A stretch of DNA of 32,000 nucleotides from Candidatus Hadarchaeota archaeon (lineage in GTDB: Archaea; Hadarchaeota; Hadarchaeia; Hadarchaeales; Hadarchaeaceae): assembly GCA_964514965.1 (NCBI GenBank), contig CAZETV010000001.1, forward strand, positions 903,063-935,062, written 5' to 3'. The notes beneath the pieces were generated by a model that did not search any database, had not been told where the DNA came from, and was given only the letters and a program-made list of their open reading frames with translations. The position numbers and the translations under genes were made by a program. Of the stretch, positions 7,989-17,293 are shown one piece after another (the stretch's first letter is position 1; every line of letters starts with the position of its first letter).

Positions 7989-9857
7989 ATGGACCAGATT
8001 TCAATCGTCTTTCAGCCTTATGGCAAGAGGGTTCGCGCGTCTAACGATGATGACATACTGGAGATTGCAAATAGGGCTGGAATAAACATCAGGAGTATAT
8101 GCGGCGGTAAGGGGAGCTGCGGCAAGTGCAAGGTGATAATAAGAAAAGGGAGGATCGATTTTAGATACAATCAAAAGGAAAAGCTTCTGACGGAGGAAGA
8201 ACTCTCAAGCGGGTATGTGTTGGCTTGTTTAACCCGCTGCGAGTCGGACTGTGAAGTGCTGGTTCCACCTGAGTCTAGAATTGAGGGGCAAAAAATACTC
8301 TCGGACGCCACGATACCTGAAATCCAGATTGACCCCGCGGTTAAGAAATTCTTTATCCCGCCCAAGCAACTCCGCGGCCAATCCGCCGAACAGCTCATGA
8401 AGAGCTTTCAATCGTTTACCAAGGCGCGCAGCTTCTCGGACGAAGTCGGTTCAAAGCTAAAATCTATCGCTGACCGATGCGGCGAGGAAGGAGCAACCCT
8501 GACCGTTTGGTTGTTGAAGCCTACGAAGATTTTGGATGTAGAGATCGGGGATACATCGAAAAGGAACTTCGGCCTTGCAATCGATATCGGGACAACAAAG
8601 CTTTCTGCATATCTTGTGGACCTAACGACGGGGAAAATCCTCGGAAGTGAATCCGATTACAATCGACAGCTGATGTACGGTGAAGACTTGGTTTCGAGAA
8701 TTGGGTATACGGTGGACAGAGAAGATGGGATAAAAAACATGCAGAGGGCGGTACTTAATACAGCTAATAACTTGATCAAAAGGCTAGCCTCGAATCACGG
8801 TGTGGAAGCGAGTTGGATAACTGACGTGTGTACTGCAGGGAACACCGTGATGACCTATTTTTTCCTGAATAAGGATGCATCTCCCCTCCTCGAACCGAAC
8901 GCTGAGGTATCAAAGCAATCGATGATTACGGATGCTCAGTCCATAGGTCTTGGGGTTAATTCCGAGGCAAAAGTTTACTGCCTGCCTTGCGTGAGCAGAT
9001 TTTTAGGCGGGGACATCATTGGGGACGTCCTGCTCTCGCGAATCTACGCGTCTGAAGAAATCTCTTTGCTTTTAGATATCGGAACAAACGTTGAGGTCAT
9101 CTTCGGGAGCAAGGGATGGTTCCTTTCTACGACTGCGGCTGCGGGTCCGGCTTTTGAAGGGTGGGGAATAAAATTCGGAATGAGGTCGGTCGAAGGAGCA
9201 ATAGACCATGTGAAGATTGACCCGGAGACTCTAAAGGCGAGCTTTACAGTTATCGGAGGGGTGAAACCGAGGGGGATATGTGGTTCGGGCTTGATAGATG
9301 CGATGAGCGAGATGTTCAGGAATGGTATCTTAGATAGCTTGGGGAAGGTGAATATGAAGCTGGGCTCCCCCTACGTTCGGAGCGGCGAGGAAGGGTATGA
9401 ATACGTTGTGGCGCCAGCTTCTGAAACGGACATCGGCAAGGATATAGTCATAACCAAAAAGGACATTCTAAACCTCATCGATTCCAAGGCCGCGGCTTGC
9501 TCCTCCATCAGCGTTATAATGAAAAAAATGAATTTGTCCGTGCACGATGTTGCCAATGTGTATGTTTGTGGTGCGTTTGCCAACTACATGGACCTGAACA
9601 GCGCGATGGCGATAGGGCTCCTGCCGGAATTCCCAAAAGCCCAAATGAAGTTCCTCGGAAACGGTTCGGTAGCCGGGGCTTATTTGACATTAATTTCTCA
9701 GGAGCAGAGGAAAAAAGCAGATGAGATAGCAAGCTTGATGGCTTACTTCGATTTGCTCAAGGATGCGGACTTTATGGATGAATATACGGCGGCCTACATG
9801 CTTCCCGGAAAACGTGAGCTTTTCCCGACATGGTGGGAAGCGAGCCGGAAAAGGTAA
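7989..9857 (+). CDS. RACo-like ATP-dependent reductive activase of corrinoid proteins (2Fe-2S ferredoxin domain plus ASKHA/DUF4445 ATPase)
   Basis: N-terminal plant-type ferredoxin pattern CGGKGSCGKCKV...LAC. Then actin-fold phosphate motifs LAIDIGTTK and LLLDIGTNVE, followed by GPAFEG. Convergent with cdhE. Confidence 0.8.
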   Translation: MDQISIVFQPYGKRVRASNDDDILEIANRAGINIRSICGGKGSCGKCKVIIRKGRIDFRYNQKEKLLTEEELSSGYVLACLTRCESDCEVLVPPESRIEGQKILSDATIPEIQIDPAVKKFFIPPKQLRGQSAEQLMKSFQSFTKARSFSDEVGSKLKSIADRCGEEGATLTVWLLKPTKILDVEIGDTSKRNFGLAIDIGTTKLSAYLVDLTTGKILGSESDYNRQLMYGEDLVSRIGYTVDREDGIKNMQRAVLNTANNLIKRLASNHGVEASWITDVCTAGNTVMTYFFLNKDASPLLEPNAEVSKQSMITDAQSIGLGVNSEAKVYCLPCVSRFLGGDIIGDVLLSRIYASEEISLLLDIGTNVEVIFGSKGWFLSTTAAAGPAFEGWGIKFGMRSVEGAIDHVKIDPETLKASFTVIGGVKPRGICGSGLIDAMSEMFRNGILDSLGKVNMKLGSPYVRSGEEGYEYVVAPASETDIGKDIVITKKDILNLIDSKAAACSSISVIMKKMNLSVHDVANVYVCGAFANYMDLNSAMAIGLLPEFPKAQMKFLGNGSVAGAYLTLISQEQRKKADEIASLMAYFDLLKDADFMDEYTAAYMLPGKRELFPTWWEASRKR

Positions 9858-9874
9858 GGATACATTTTCGTCGT

Positions 9875-11293
9875 TTAGGAGTTTTTCCATTTCTCTTTGA
9901 CGAATTTCGATATTCCCGAGGAGTCCCGGGGCCCTACCATAACTTCCCACCCGGTCTCGTCTTCGATCTCCCCCGAAAGCCTTGCGGCCATCCCCGGGAT
10001 TATGAGCTTTTTGTGTTTGACCATTTTTTCTACGCCGGATTCCTTGACGACCTCGGCCACCTGCTTTGCGGTCAGCTTTCTACCGGCAACGGCGCTCTCA
10101 AGAGATATCCCTTCGGAGTCGGCCACGAGCAGGTAGCAATCGATTTTAGCGGCCTCGATATCCCCAGAGACGATATAATATGTCAGGGCGAAGTTGCTCG
10201 TCACGAAAACGGGGGATGTTTCATTTGGATTGCCTATAGGCCTCAATCCGGGTTTGACCGAGACGGGCTTTCTAGGGTCTGTGTACATGTTGAATCTTAG
10301 CACGACGTTCGGCAATAGGGTCCAGCCCTCTAAACTGTGCATTATCAATATGTCTGTATACCTCTCTATCAGCATGGCCGCCACGAGCGCCTCTCGCCAA
10401 GCCTTCGATTGACCTTCCCCATTAGATGATGCCCACGCGGTTATCGGGGTTCCCATCAAGGGAAAACCGGATAGTTTATCTTCTTCGTTGCAAGCCTTCC
10501 ATCGGAGCATCGTGAGCGCGTTTATGGTTGATGATAGACCTTCGCCGGAAAATGTGCCTGGGTCGATCACCAAGTTTTTCACACCATAGTCCAAGAGCGT
10601 TTTGGTCAGGGATCTTAACGTGCCCAAGTCATTCGGGCTGGAAACGGTCAAAGGACACTTATGCTTTAAAGAGAGCTCGGCCATCTCCTTCCAGTTATCC
10701 TTCGTTGCCGCGTAGAGAAGGGGGCTACTATCCCCGATTGCCGATAATCCTGCCTTCATGACTTCCGGGTTCAACGAACAGAGGACAAGGGGTAGGTTCG
10801 TGTTATTGCTCACAAATTTCACGATTTTCCCGAATTTTTTTGGTTCGTTTGAAACCGATCTAACGGCCAAGGCGTCGAGAGTTAGCTCCTTTCCTATGTA
10901 AGTGTAATCGAAATTTTCAACGAACTTGATTCTTTTCATCAACTCACTTTCACTCATTTCATCGGTTACATCGAGGGCGATCGTTGTGGGGTTAAAGTAA
11001 GTTAGTTCGTGCCTATGCATGACGAATTCTCCCCCGATCTTTGCCACTTTGCCCTTGTTCCCGAATTCCACCTCGTTCACGGATGGGCTCAGCATAACCT
11101 TCAACTCCGAGTAATTCTTCTTGTACTTTTCATCCTCCAAGAGCGGGGAGCACTTTTCGATTTTTGTCTCCATGTTCACGAGTCCCACTGCGAAGGCCAT
11201 GCAGTTTTCCGCTCCGCACTTCTTGCAGTTGGTCCGCGGGAGCAGCGTGTAAACTTTGATTGGGCTAATGTTCTTCTTAGGCACTTCAACCAC
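9875..11293 (-). CDS. cdhE: Acetyl-CoA decarbonylase/synthase gamma subunit (large corrinoid Fe-S protein subunit)
   Basis: 472 aa with the N-terminal 4Fe-4S motif TNCKKCGAENCMAFA. Last gene of the cdhABCDE operon, with an 8-nt overlap with cdhD. Confidence 0.9.
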   Translation of the reverse strand: MVEVPKKNISPIKVYTLLPRTNCKKCGAENCMAFAVGLVNMETKIEKCSPLLEDEKYKKNYSELKVMLSPSVNEVEFGNKGKVAKIGGEFVMHRHELTYFNPTTIALDVTDEMSESELMKRIKFVENFDYTYIGKELTLDALAVRSVSNEPKKFGKIVKFVSNNTNLPLVLCSLNPEVMKAGLSAIGDSSPLLYAATKDNWKEMAELSLKHKCPLTVSSPNDLGTLRSLTKTLLDYGVKNLVIDPGTFSGEGLSSTINALTMLRWKACNEEDKLSGFPLMGTPITAWASSNGEGQSKAWREALVAAMLIERYTDILIMHSLEGWTLLPNVVLRFNMYTDPRKPVSVKPGLRPIGNPNETSPVFVTSNFALTYYIVSGDIEAAKIDCYLLVADSEGISLESAVAGRKLTAKQVAEVVKESGVEKMVKHKKLIIPGMAARLSGEIEDETGWEVMVGPRDSSGISKFVKEKWKNS

Positions 11294-12470
11294 CTAATTT
11301 CGCCGATGTCCAGTCGGGGATCTCCCTCGCTACCCCATTTTTGAGTAGATAATCGACGATTTCTTTTACAGTTTTCACGGATGTTGGATGAAGCATCATG
11401 AGGTAATCCGCGCCGGCCAAGAGCATGGACAAAGCCGTTATAGTTTCCCATATGGGCCCTCTGATTTCCTTCGGGCCCCATATTGGTTCCATCTCCAACC
11501 AGGCCTCTCTGGAAGCCCAAGCGTTCGATATCCCAGAGACCAATGGGTGCTGAAGTTCTTGGTCACCTTTCAGAGCTGCAAGCCTAGCCCGCTCCGCGAT
11601 GGTGAACCCATATTCAAGACCATAACCTATCCCTGCGCAATTCGTGTCCATAACTATTTGGTTCTTTGATAGATAATCGTATAGCCTTCGGTTGAGCTCT
11701 CTAGCCTTGTCCAAGTCCATCTGTGTGAAAGCGATGGCCACATGCCCATGCTCTTTGAATGGTTTGCTTGCTTTCTCGATATCCATGTCCAAGTTGAGAG
11801 AGTTTATCAGGAGCCTTTCGCCAGACCCCGCCTCGGCTACTTTTTCAAATACCTCAACATCTTTGGCGGGATTTCCAGAACCTCCCACGCATAGCGGAAC
11901 CTTAATGGCTTGGAGAACTTCTTCGATTAACCTCGCCGAGTCTCGAGGAGAAGTGTCTTTAATGTACGGATCCGTGCTCACCAAGTGTAGGTTAACCATA
12001 TCTGCGCCGTATTTTTCAACACATTGTTTGGCCCACTCAGGGGGATCTTCTAGCGCATCGCCGAAATAGCTCCTGACCGCCCCGGGGAGTGTGATTTTCA
12101 TGTCGAACACATCCATAGATATCACTGGACGGTGCACCATGGAGCCCTCGAACGTGTAGAATGCCGCTGTAGTCTCGCCCCCTATGATGTAATTCCTGTC
12201 CCGCGTCCCCTCATCGTTCACCTTGGCACCCAGTGTGACTTCGGGGATTTTTCCGACCCACTCGGTTTTCGGAAGACTGAATTCGGCCTTGGCCAACTCA
12301 GTCGGTTTTACTTTGGTGGGGATAACTCTGTGGAGGGTTGGGAGCATTTTTAATGCTAGTTCTTTAACATCGATTGTAACGTCTTCCAGCTCAAGCTCTT
12401 CATACTTTGACAAATTTCCAACTAAACTGTCGCTGAGTTTTTTGGCGAGGTCATCTTCTTTTTTTGCCAT
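11286..12470 (-). CDS. cdhD: Acetyl-CoA decarbonylase/synthase delta subunit (small corrinoid protein subunit)
   Basis: 394-aa TIM-barrel-type protein lying between cdhC and cdhE. Size and position are as in archaeal cdh operons. Confidence 0.85.
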   Translation of the reverse strand: MAKKEDDLAKKLSDSLVGNLSKYEELELEDVTIDVKELALKMLPTLHRVIPTKVKPTELAKAEFSLPKTEWVGKIPEVTLGAKVNDEGTRDRNYIIGGETTAAFYTFEGSMVHRPVISMDVFDMKITLPGAVRSYFGDALEDPPEWAKQCVEKYGADMVNLHLVSTDPYIKDTSPRDSARLIEEVLQAIKVPLCVGGSGNPAKDVEVFEKVAEAGSGERLLINSLNLDMDIEKASKPFKEHGHVAIAFTQMDLDKARELNRRLYDYLSKNQIVMDTNCAGIGYGLEYGFTIAERARLAALKGDQELQHPLVSGISNAWASREAWLEMEPIWGPKEIRGPIWETITALSMLLAGADYLMMLHPTSVKTVKEIVDYLLKNGVAREIPDWTSAKLGG

Positions 12471-12491
12471 CTCATCCCTCTAAAGTAATGA

Positions 12492-13871
12492 TTACTCTTT
12501 TTTCTTTCGTCTTCGAATGATGACTTTTTCGGCATGGATTTTCGCGTTTTTAAGGATGATGGTAAAGCCGCCAGTCGTTGGTATTGCGATCTCCCCGGTC
12601 GATTCAGCAGGTACGGGCTCGTTGACCTCAGCTGGTGCAGCAACTTCTGGCGTGGCCTTCCAGCGCTCGGTGACTGGGTGTGTATGTGTCTCAAGGAACC
12701 CCTTTAAATCATCAATTGTTCCTACGTCTTTTTCGGTCGCGATTTTGTCCACAACCTCGGCAGGTATGAAATTCTTGACTCTCTCTTTTATCACCGCGGG
12801 CATCCAGACTATACGGTTCCATCCTCCGTCCACTTGGAGAAACTTGGGAGACCTCATGTACTCAATCGACACACCGTGGAAACCATCGACTTGCCGTCCC
12901 CCCGCAGTTGAATCAGCCATTGCCGAAAATGTCAATCCATTAACGGCCGATCCCCTGAAATCTCTGTGAATCAATCCAATCCCATCCACTTCAGGAATGT
13001 AGAACGCTGTCCCTTCAAAGCAGCCACATGATGTGTGAGGGTGATCAAATGCCGTGTATAACTGCACTCTGTCATACTCCCCGAGCGTTTTTTCCTTCAC
13101 TATTTTGTTAACACCTTCGAATTCGCCTGCAAACTCGTCGATGGTTTTTCCCTTTTTTATTTCAAAGATTGAACCCTTGGGATCAACTCGCGCGGCGGCC
13201 CTTCCATCGAACCAACTTATGGCACCGCAATTGGCGTATCTTTGTGGGGTTATTATGCAAACGTGAGTTGGAGCGAAGGATTGACAAAGTGTGCACCCGT
13301 AAAAAACCTCAACATCGCCGTCCTTCAATCCTCGAGCCCTAGCATCGCGGGCCTCGTAGATTTTGAGGGCCTCGGAGTGCATTTCCTGTACTTTCGAGGG
13401 GTCCGTGATGAAGGTGATTTGTATTTTTTCGATGATTGGCAATTCACTTCTGTATAACCTTTCCAAGACTTTTCCAATCAATTGAAGAGTCAATCCTTTT
13501 TTGACTGACTTTTTGCTCACGCGGAACCAGATGTCATAACGCTGGTTTAGGTGCATGAACCCCTCGATGTAGTTGCAGAAATCGTGGATATGCCTCTCGA
13601 AGACTCCTTCCATCTCCTCATCGAGTTCATTGCCGGCAACTTCGATGTAGATTCCAAGTGGGACAGAACTCCCTTCCTTCAAATCCTTGAGTTCCGGGCC
13701 TATTACGGTGATTTTTCCGTCCTCAACATCATCCTTTACCCGCAAAAGTTCAAATTTATAATTTACTTTAGTTCCACCGAACTCTACGTGCATGTCTGGC
13801 TTCCGGATTCTCTCTCCCTCGTATATCACTCCTACATCTACTGGGATGTCTGCAAACATGCCAGTTTTCAT
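12492..13871 (-). CDS. cdhC: Acetyl-CoA decarbonylase/synthase beta subunit (A-cluster acetyl-CoA synthase)
   Basis: Starts MKTGMFADIPVDVGVIYEGERIRK. Contains CTLCQSFAPTHVC and the Cys-Gly-Cys Ni-site motif HTSCGCFE. Confidence 0.95.
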   Translation of the reverse strand: MKTGMFADIPVDVGVIYEGERIRKPDMHVEFGGTKVNYKFELLRVKDDVEDGKITVIGPELKDLKEGSSVPLGIYIEVAGNELDEEMEGVFERHIHDFCNYIEGFMHLNQRYDIWFRVSKKSVKKGLTLQLIGKVLERLYRSELPIIEKIQITFITDPSKVQEMHSEALKIYEARDARARGLKDGDVEVFYGCTLCQSFAPTHVCIITPQRYANCGAISWFDGRAAARVDPKGSIFEIKKGKTIDEFAGEFEGVNKIVKEKTLGEYDRVQLYTAFDHPHTSCGCFEGTAFYIPEVDGIGLIHRDFRGSAVNGLTFSAMADSTAGGRQVDGFHGVSIEYMRSPKFLQVDGGWNRIVWMPAVIKERVKNFIPAEVVDKIATEKDVGTIDDLKGFLETHTHPVTERWKATPEVAAPAEVNEPVPAESTGEIAIPTTGGFTIILKNAKIHAEKVIIRRRKKKE

Positions 13872-14404
13872 TTCCCTTCCACCTTTTGAGCAATTATTTC
13901 CAAATTTTCATGCCAATTTTTAAGCGAGAGATTTGGGAAAGACCAACTGCAATGTGGCTGATAAAATCTGTTTATGGAGATCGTCTTGAGGTTGGGAACA
14001 AAGGATTTGAGCCCAGATTCGATTACCCATTCCATATAATATGGGATTCCTAAGAGCAACGCGAGGTCGTGGGAACTTCCTTCACCAGAAACGCTCCACT
14101 CCGGGTCGGTGAGTCTAGTACCTATATCCATCGCGGACATCCAGGCATCTGGCTGAAAATCCCTCTTAAGGAACTCCGCAACAGTTTGAGCAGTGGCAAC
14201 TACAGGTATTTTCGCAGCTCTTGCGATGCGAATGACATAATCGATTGGCTTTTTATTCCCCAAATCTACTTCAGCAGCCTCATGCCCGACGATGAAAATC
14301 GGACGTTTGGCTTTCTTTATCATCGTGGAGGCAACTTCCGGATTTTTAATCACGAGGGCCTTTTTCGGACCAGGAATTTCAGCTTTCTGCCAAGGCTCGG
14401 CCAT
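13868..14404 (-). CDS. cdhB: Acetyl-CoA decarbonylase/synthase epsilon subunit
   Basis: 178 aa, between cdhA and cdhC, with a 4-nt overlap with cdhC. Size and position are typical of CdhB. Confidence 0.85.
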   Translation of the reverse strand: MAEPWQKAEIPGPKKALVIKNPEVASTMIKKAKRPIFIVGHEAAEVDLGNKKPIDYVIRIARAAKIPVVATAQTVAEFLKRDFQPDAWMSAMDIGTRLTDPEWSVSGEGSSHDLALLLGIPYYMEWVIESGLKSFVPNLKTISINRFYQPHCSWSFPNLSLKNWHENLEIIAQKVEGK

Positions 14405-14406
14405 GT

Positions 14407-16749
14407 TTATTCCTTCTTCGTTCTGATGAGTCTATGTATCAGTGTGGGATCTGGAATTTCGCTCTCCTTCCAGCCCTTCTCTTTGAGTACTCCTATTACC
14501 TCATCCTTCATCGTAATTGGGATGTCGCCGACTGAACGCACAAATAAGTGGATATCTTCGGGTAAGATTCTGTAAAGCCTCCTGTGCAGATCAATGTAAT
14601 GATTCAGCTTTATTGCTCTACCTTTAGTTGTGTCGTTGGGCCTCATGCAAAGTTTGGGTATCATTACCATTGCTTCCTCTTTTGTCTCCGCCGTGCAGAA
14701 TAAATGTTCAGGCGTCGGTCCTACATAAACGCGCTTCCCTGAGCGAGCGTCAAGCACATACCAGTCCTCCTCACGATCTTCCCTCCCCAAGAGCATGCGT
14801 CTATATTTAGACCCGTGTGGGCCGACGATGACCGGAATACCCAGCCGCCAACAACCGCTGGCTATGGAAGCGGCCTTTTGGGACATAGCCCCCCAAGCTA
14901 CACCAACCGCACCAACCCGATTGTGTATATAGTCTGCGATTTCCTCGTAATTTGCACGGAGCTTACGCTTAGCGAAAATGCTCGCTATCTTGATCGCGGC
15001 CCCTGTTATGTGAGAATTGGCGACACAAGAGCCAACGTTGACGAGCCCGCCGGCATCGAACACGCCGGAGTATGTTTCGTAAAGGCCGATCCCTTCCTCA
15101 TTTTTATAATTCGCGATACTCATGGCGGAGCATCCCGAAGTTGTTATAATGTAGCGGCGCTTTGCGAATTCATTGACCATGTTTCCAACATCTTTCCAGC
15201 TACCCGGATAGTTCGAGCAACCTACGAATGCCACGATTCCAGGTATCTCACCCAAGACTATTGGAGAACCCACCCGCCTTATTTCTACATCTTGGATCGC
15301 GCCCCTGCCAACCCGAATTTTACTCTTTTCCTCTTTGATCTTCGACCTCGATGCTCCGACTATCATGGTGTGTGGGAGCAAATTTTGGGGGCAGACCCAC
15401 TCGCAACGCCCACAGCCTATGCAAGAATCGTAGAGGTCCGCGAACTTCTGTAAGTCCCTTTTAGCTGCTGCCTCCATAGCTTCGGGAATGAGCAAATCGT
15501 TTGGACAGGCCCGCCTGCATGCATCGCACTTCGTGCATCGCTGTGCTGCCTTGATTATCTTCCCTTTCGCTGGAACCACTTTGAACTTGTTTCGTTTTGG
15601 AGCTACTTCAATCGCTACTCTAACAGCTACTTCTCCAACCTTTTCTGGATCGACGATAAACGCGCCAGGGCTCTTCCCTTCCACGAGATCTCTCACTATT
15701 TCATCCGCTGGATCCAAAGTTCGGTTGGGCAACCCTTGAGAATTCTTGGGGTTCGTCGCAATCAGAGGTGCCTTGACCTTCTGAGCTTCAATGAGCACAT
15801 CCGCACGAATGCATTGCTCATCGGTCACGATAACATCCGGGATCCCGTTCCTCACGAATCTTAGTTGCCAAGAGAGTGGCCCAACTATCTTGGCCCTCGA
15901 ATGATGTCTGGTGATATCATGAGCTGTACAGCATAGCCCACAGAGCTCTACGTTTTCCTCAAGCCCCCTTTCTTTTAAGTAATCCATTATCCCAATTGCA
16001 GGCGGGACGTTGTGTCCGATGACTAAGATAACTGGCTTGGATGCATCGATGGAACCCATGCCTATTTCAGCGAGCGGAGCTTCTGGGTCAGCTTTTGGAA
16101 AACCGTAGGTCGAAATTTGCGCTATATCTGCTATCTCCATGGCGACATGATCTATCATGCCAGCATGGAACACTTTGGACTCAAAATCTAGATTGTTGCC
16201 TTCTTGCCCCGTATGGGTGGCAGAAAGGAGTTGGACGATTTCAGTCTCGCAGTAATCGAGAGCATCCTCCAAGTCTCCAAGCCTTCTGGGCTTGATACCC
16301 GTTACCAAGCGGAGGTGAGGGGCCTCAACTTCAACATTTTCCTCCCCCACGTTGATTGGATAATCTCGGCCATATTTCTCCATCAAATGGTCGAATAAGT
16401 GTCTGGCGTGACCGCAATGGGTTGCTGCCCCTATGCAACACGCTAGCAAGACGATGCGTGACTGCTGTGCCGACATGTCGAGCCCGCATGCCCCTCGCTT
16501 TCCTTGGCTCAGATCGCACTTACCCATCGTGCATAGGCAACAGAGATCGCAGAACGGTAGATAAAATGGTTTGTATTTATTTAAGAGCTTGAGATCCCAT
16601 TCCCTCAGGGCCTCCATCTCAGGCATAGGAGTTGGACCAGCCTCTTCCTCCCACTCCTCTATAATTTTTCCTATGGTTAACTCGAGGCCTTTTGCCTTCA
16701 CGAGGCCTGTTTCAAGTTCATCAAGTTTGATTCGCGCTTTGGAGCCCAC
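14407..16749 (-). CDS. cdhA: Acetyl-CoA decarbonylase/synthase alpha subunit (Ni-CODH catalytic subunit)
   Basis: 780 aa. N-terminal Cys cluster FCDLCCLCTMGKCDL...GACGL. Ferredoxin-like insert CTKCDACRRACP...CIGCGRCEWVCP. GTG start at 16749. Confidence 0.95.
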   Translation of the reverse strand: MGSKARIKLDELETGLVKAKGLELTIGKIIEEWEEEAGPTPMPEMEALREWDLKLLNKYKPFYLPFCDLCCLCTMGKCDLSQGKRGACGLDMSAQQSRIVLLACCIGAATHCGHARHLFDHLMEKYGRDYPINVGEENVEVEAPHLRLVTGIKPRRLGDLEDALDYCETEIVQLLSATHTGQEGNNLDFESKVFHAGMIDHVAMEIADIAQISTYGFPKADPEAPLAEIGMGSIDASKPVILVIGHNVPPAIGIMDYLKERGLEENVELCGLCCTAHDITRHHSRAKIVGPLSWQLRFVRNGIPDVIVTDEQCIRADVLIEAQKVKAPLIATNPKNSQGLPNRTLDPADEIVRDLVEGKSPGAFIVDPEKVGEVAVRVAIEVAPKRNKFKVVPAKGKIIKAAQRCTKCDACRRACPNDLLIPEAMEAAAKRDLQKFADLYDSCIGCGRCEWVCPQNLLPHTMIVGASRSKIKEEKSKIRVGRGAIQDVEIRRVGSPIVLGEIPGIVAFVGCSNYPGSWKDVGNMVNEFAKRRYIITTSGCSAMSIANYKNEEGIGLYETYSGVFDAGGLVNVGSCVANSHITGAAIKIASIFAKRKLRANYEEIADYIHNRVGAVGVAWGAMSQKAASIASGCWRLGIPVIVGPHGSKYRRMLLGREDREEDWYVLDARSGKRVYVGPTPEHLFCTAETKEEAMVMIPKLCMRPNDTTKGRAIKLNHYIDLHRRLYRILPEDIHLFVRSVGDIPITMKDEVIGVLKEKGWKESEIPDPTLIHRLIRTKKE

Positions 16750-16882
16750 CGAATCGCCTTGTTTAAATTTGTATCTACCAATAATAACCCTTTTGAATTG
16801 TATGGAATTTCTTATTCATTTTTTTGGAAAAAATACTTAAAAAAAATAATAAAACTAGGTACAAACTGGAATATAGAAAAAA

Positions 16883-17173
16883 TTATTTTTCGGTTTTTGC
16901 ACTTTTAGCTATTTTTTTAAGCTCTTTCGCCCTAGAAGGGGTTATAAGTTTTCGTTTTTCTAGATCTTCGATGCATTTCAATGCATATCCACACCAGGTG
17001 ACACATGAAGGCGTTGCCTCTCTATGCAACATTCGCCCACAATTATAACATTTTACTTCGGTCTCGTAGCCCAAGAATTCTACTTCTTCACCGCAGGCTG
17101 GGCAAGTTCGCACTGTTATTTTTGGCTCCACGAGTTCCTTAGCACCCGGACATCTCTTCAGCATTTTTCCCAC
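16883..17173 (-). CDS. Small Cys-rich zinc-ribbon protein of unknown function
   Basis: 93-96 aa (GTG 17173 or ATG 17164) with 8 Cys arranged as RCPG...CPACG...CYNCG...SCVTWCGYALKC and a basic C-terminal tail. Same strand as cdhA and directly upstream of it, divergent from cooC. Confidence 0.55.
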   Translation of the reverse strand: MGKMLKRCPGAKELVEPKITVRTCPACGEEVEFLGYETEVKCYNCGRMLHREATPSCVTWCGYALKCIEDLEKRKLITPSRAKELKKIAKSAKTEK

Positions 17174-17293
17174 TTTTGGATATAATTGTTTAATTAAACG
17201 ATTTAAGCTTAATTTTTAAAATGAGCGAAAGAAAGTTACTGTTAAAGTCTTAGACGGCGAATAAGTTTTAGGACGGAAAATAAAGGTGTTCGA

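Noticed and set aside
12517-15453. Long antisense ORFs within cdhC, cdhB and cdhA (for example 12517..12969, 14069..14575, 14815..15453). Similar ones lie opposite the mfn genes (23733..24200, 24124..24570, 24817..25236, 25674..26081).
   Set aside because: They lie opposite strongly supported genes and encode low-complexity S/P/T/A-rich peptides without motifs. They are typical codon-bias shadows, not evidence of overlapping genes.
17203-17212. 10-bp palindrome TTAAGCTTAA in the zinc-ribbon/cooC spacer, and ATTGGaCCAAT (7917-7927) in the acs/RACo spacer.
   Set aside because: They are short, lie in AT-rich promoter DNA and are easily explained by chance. There is no second copy or recognisable operator geometry.
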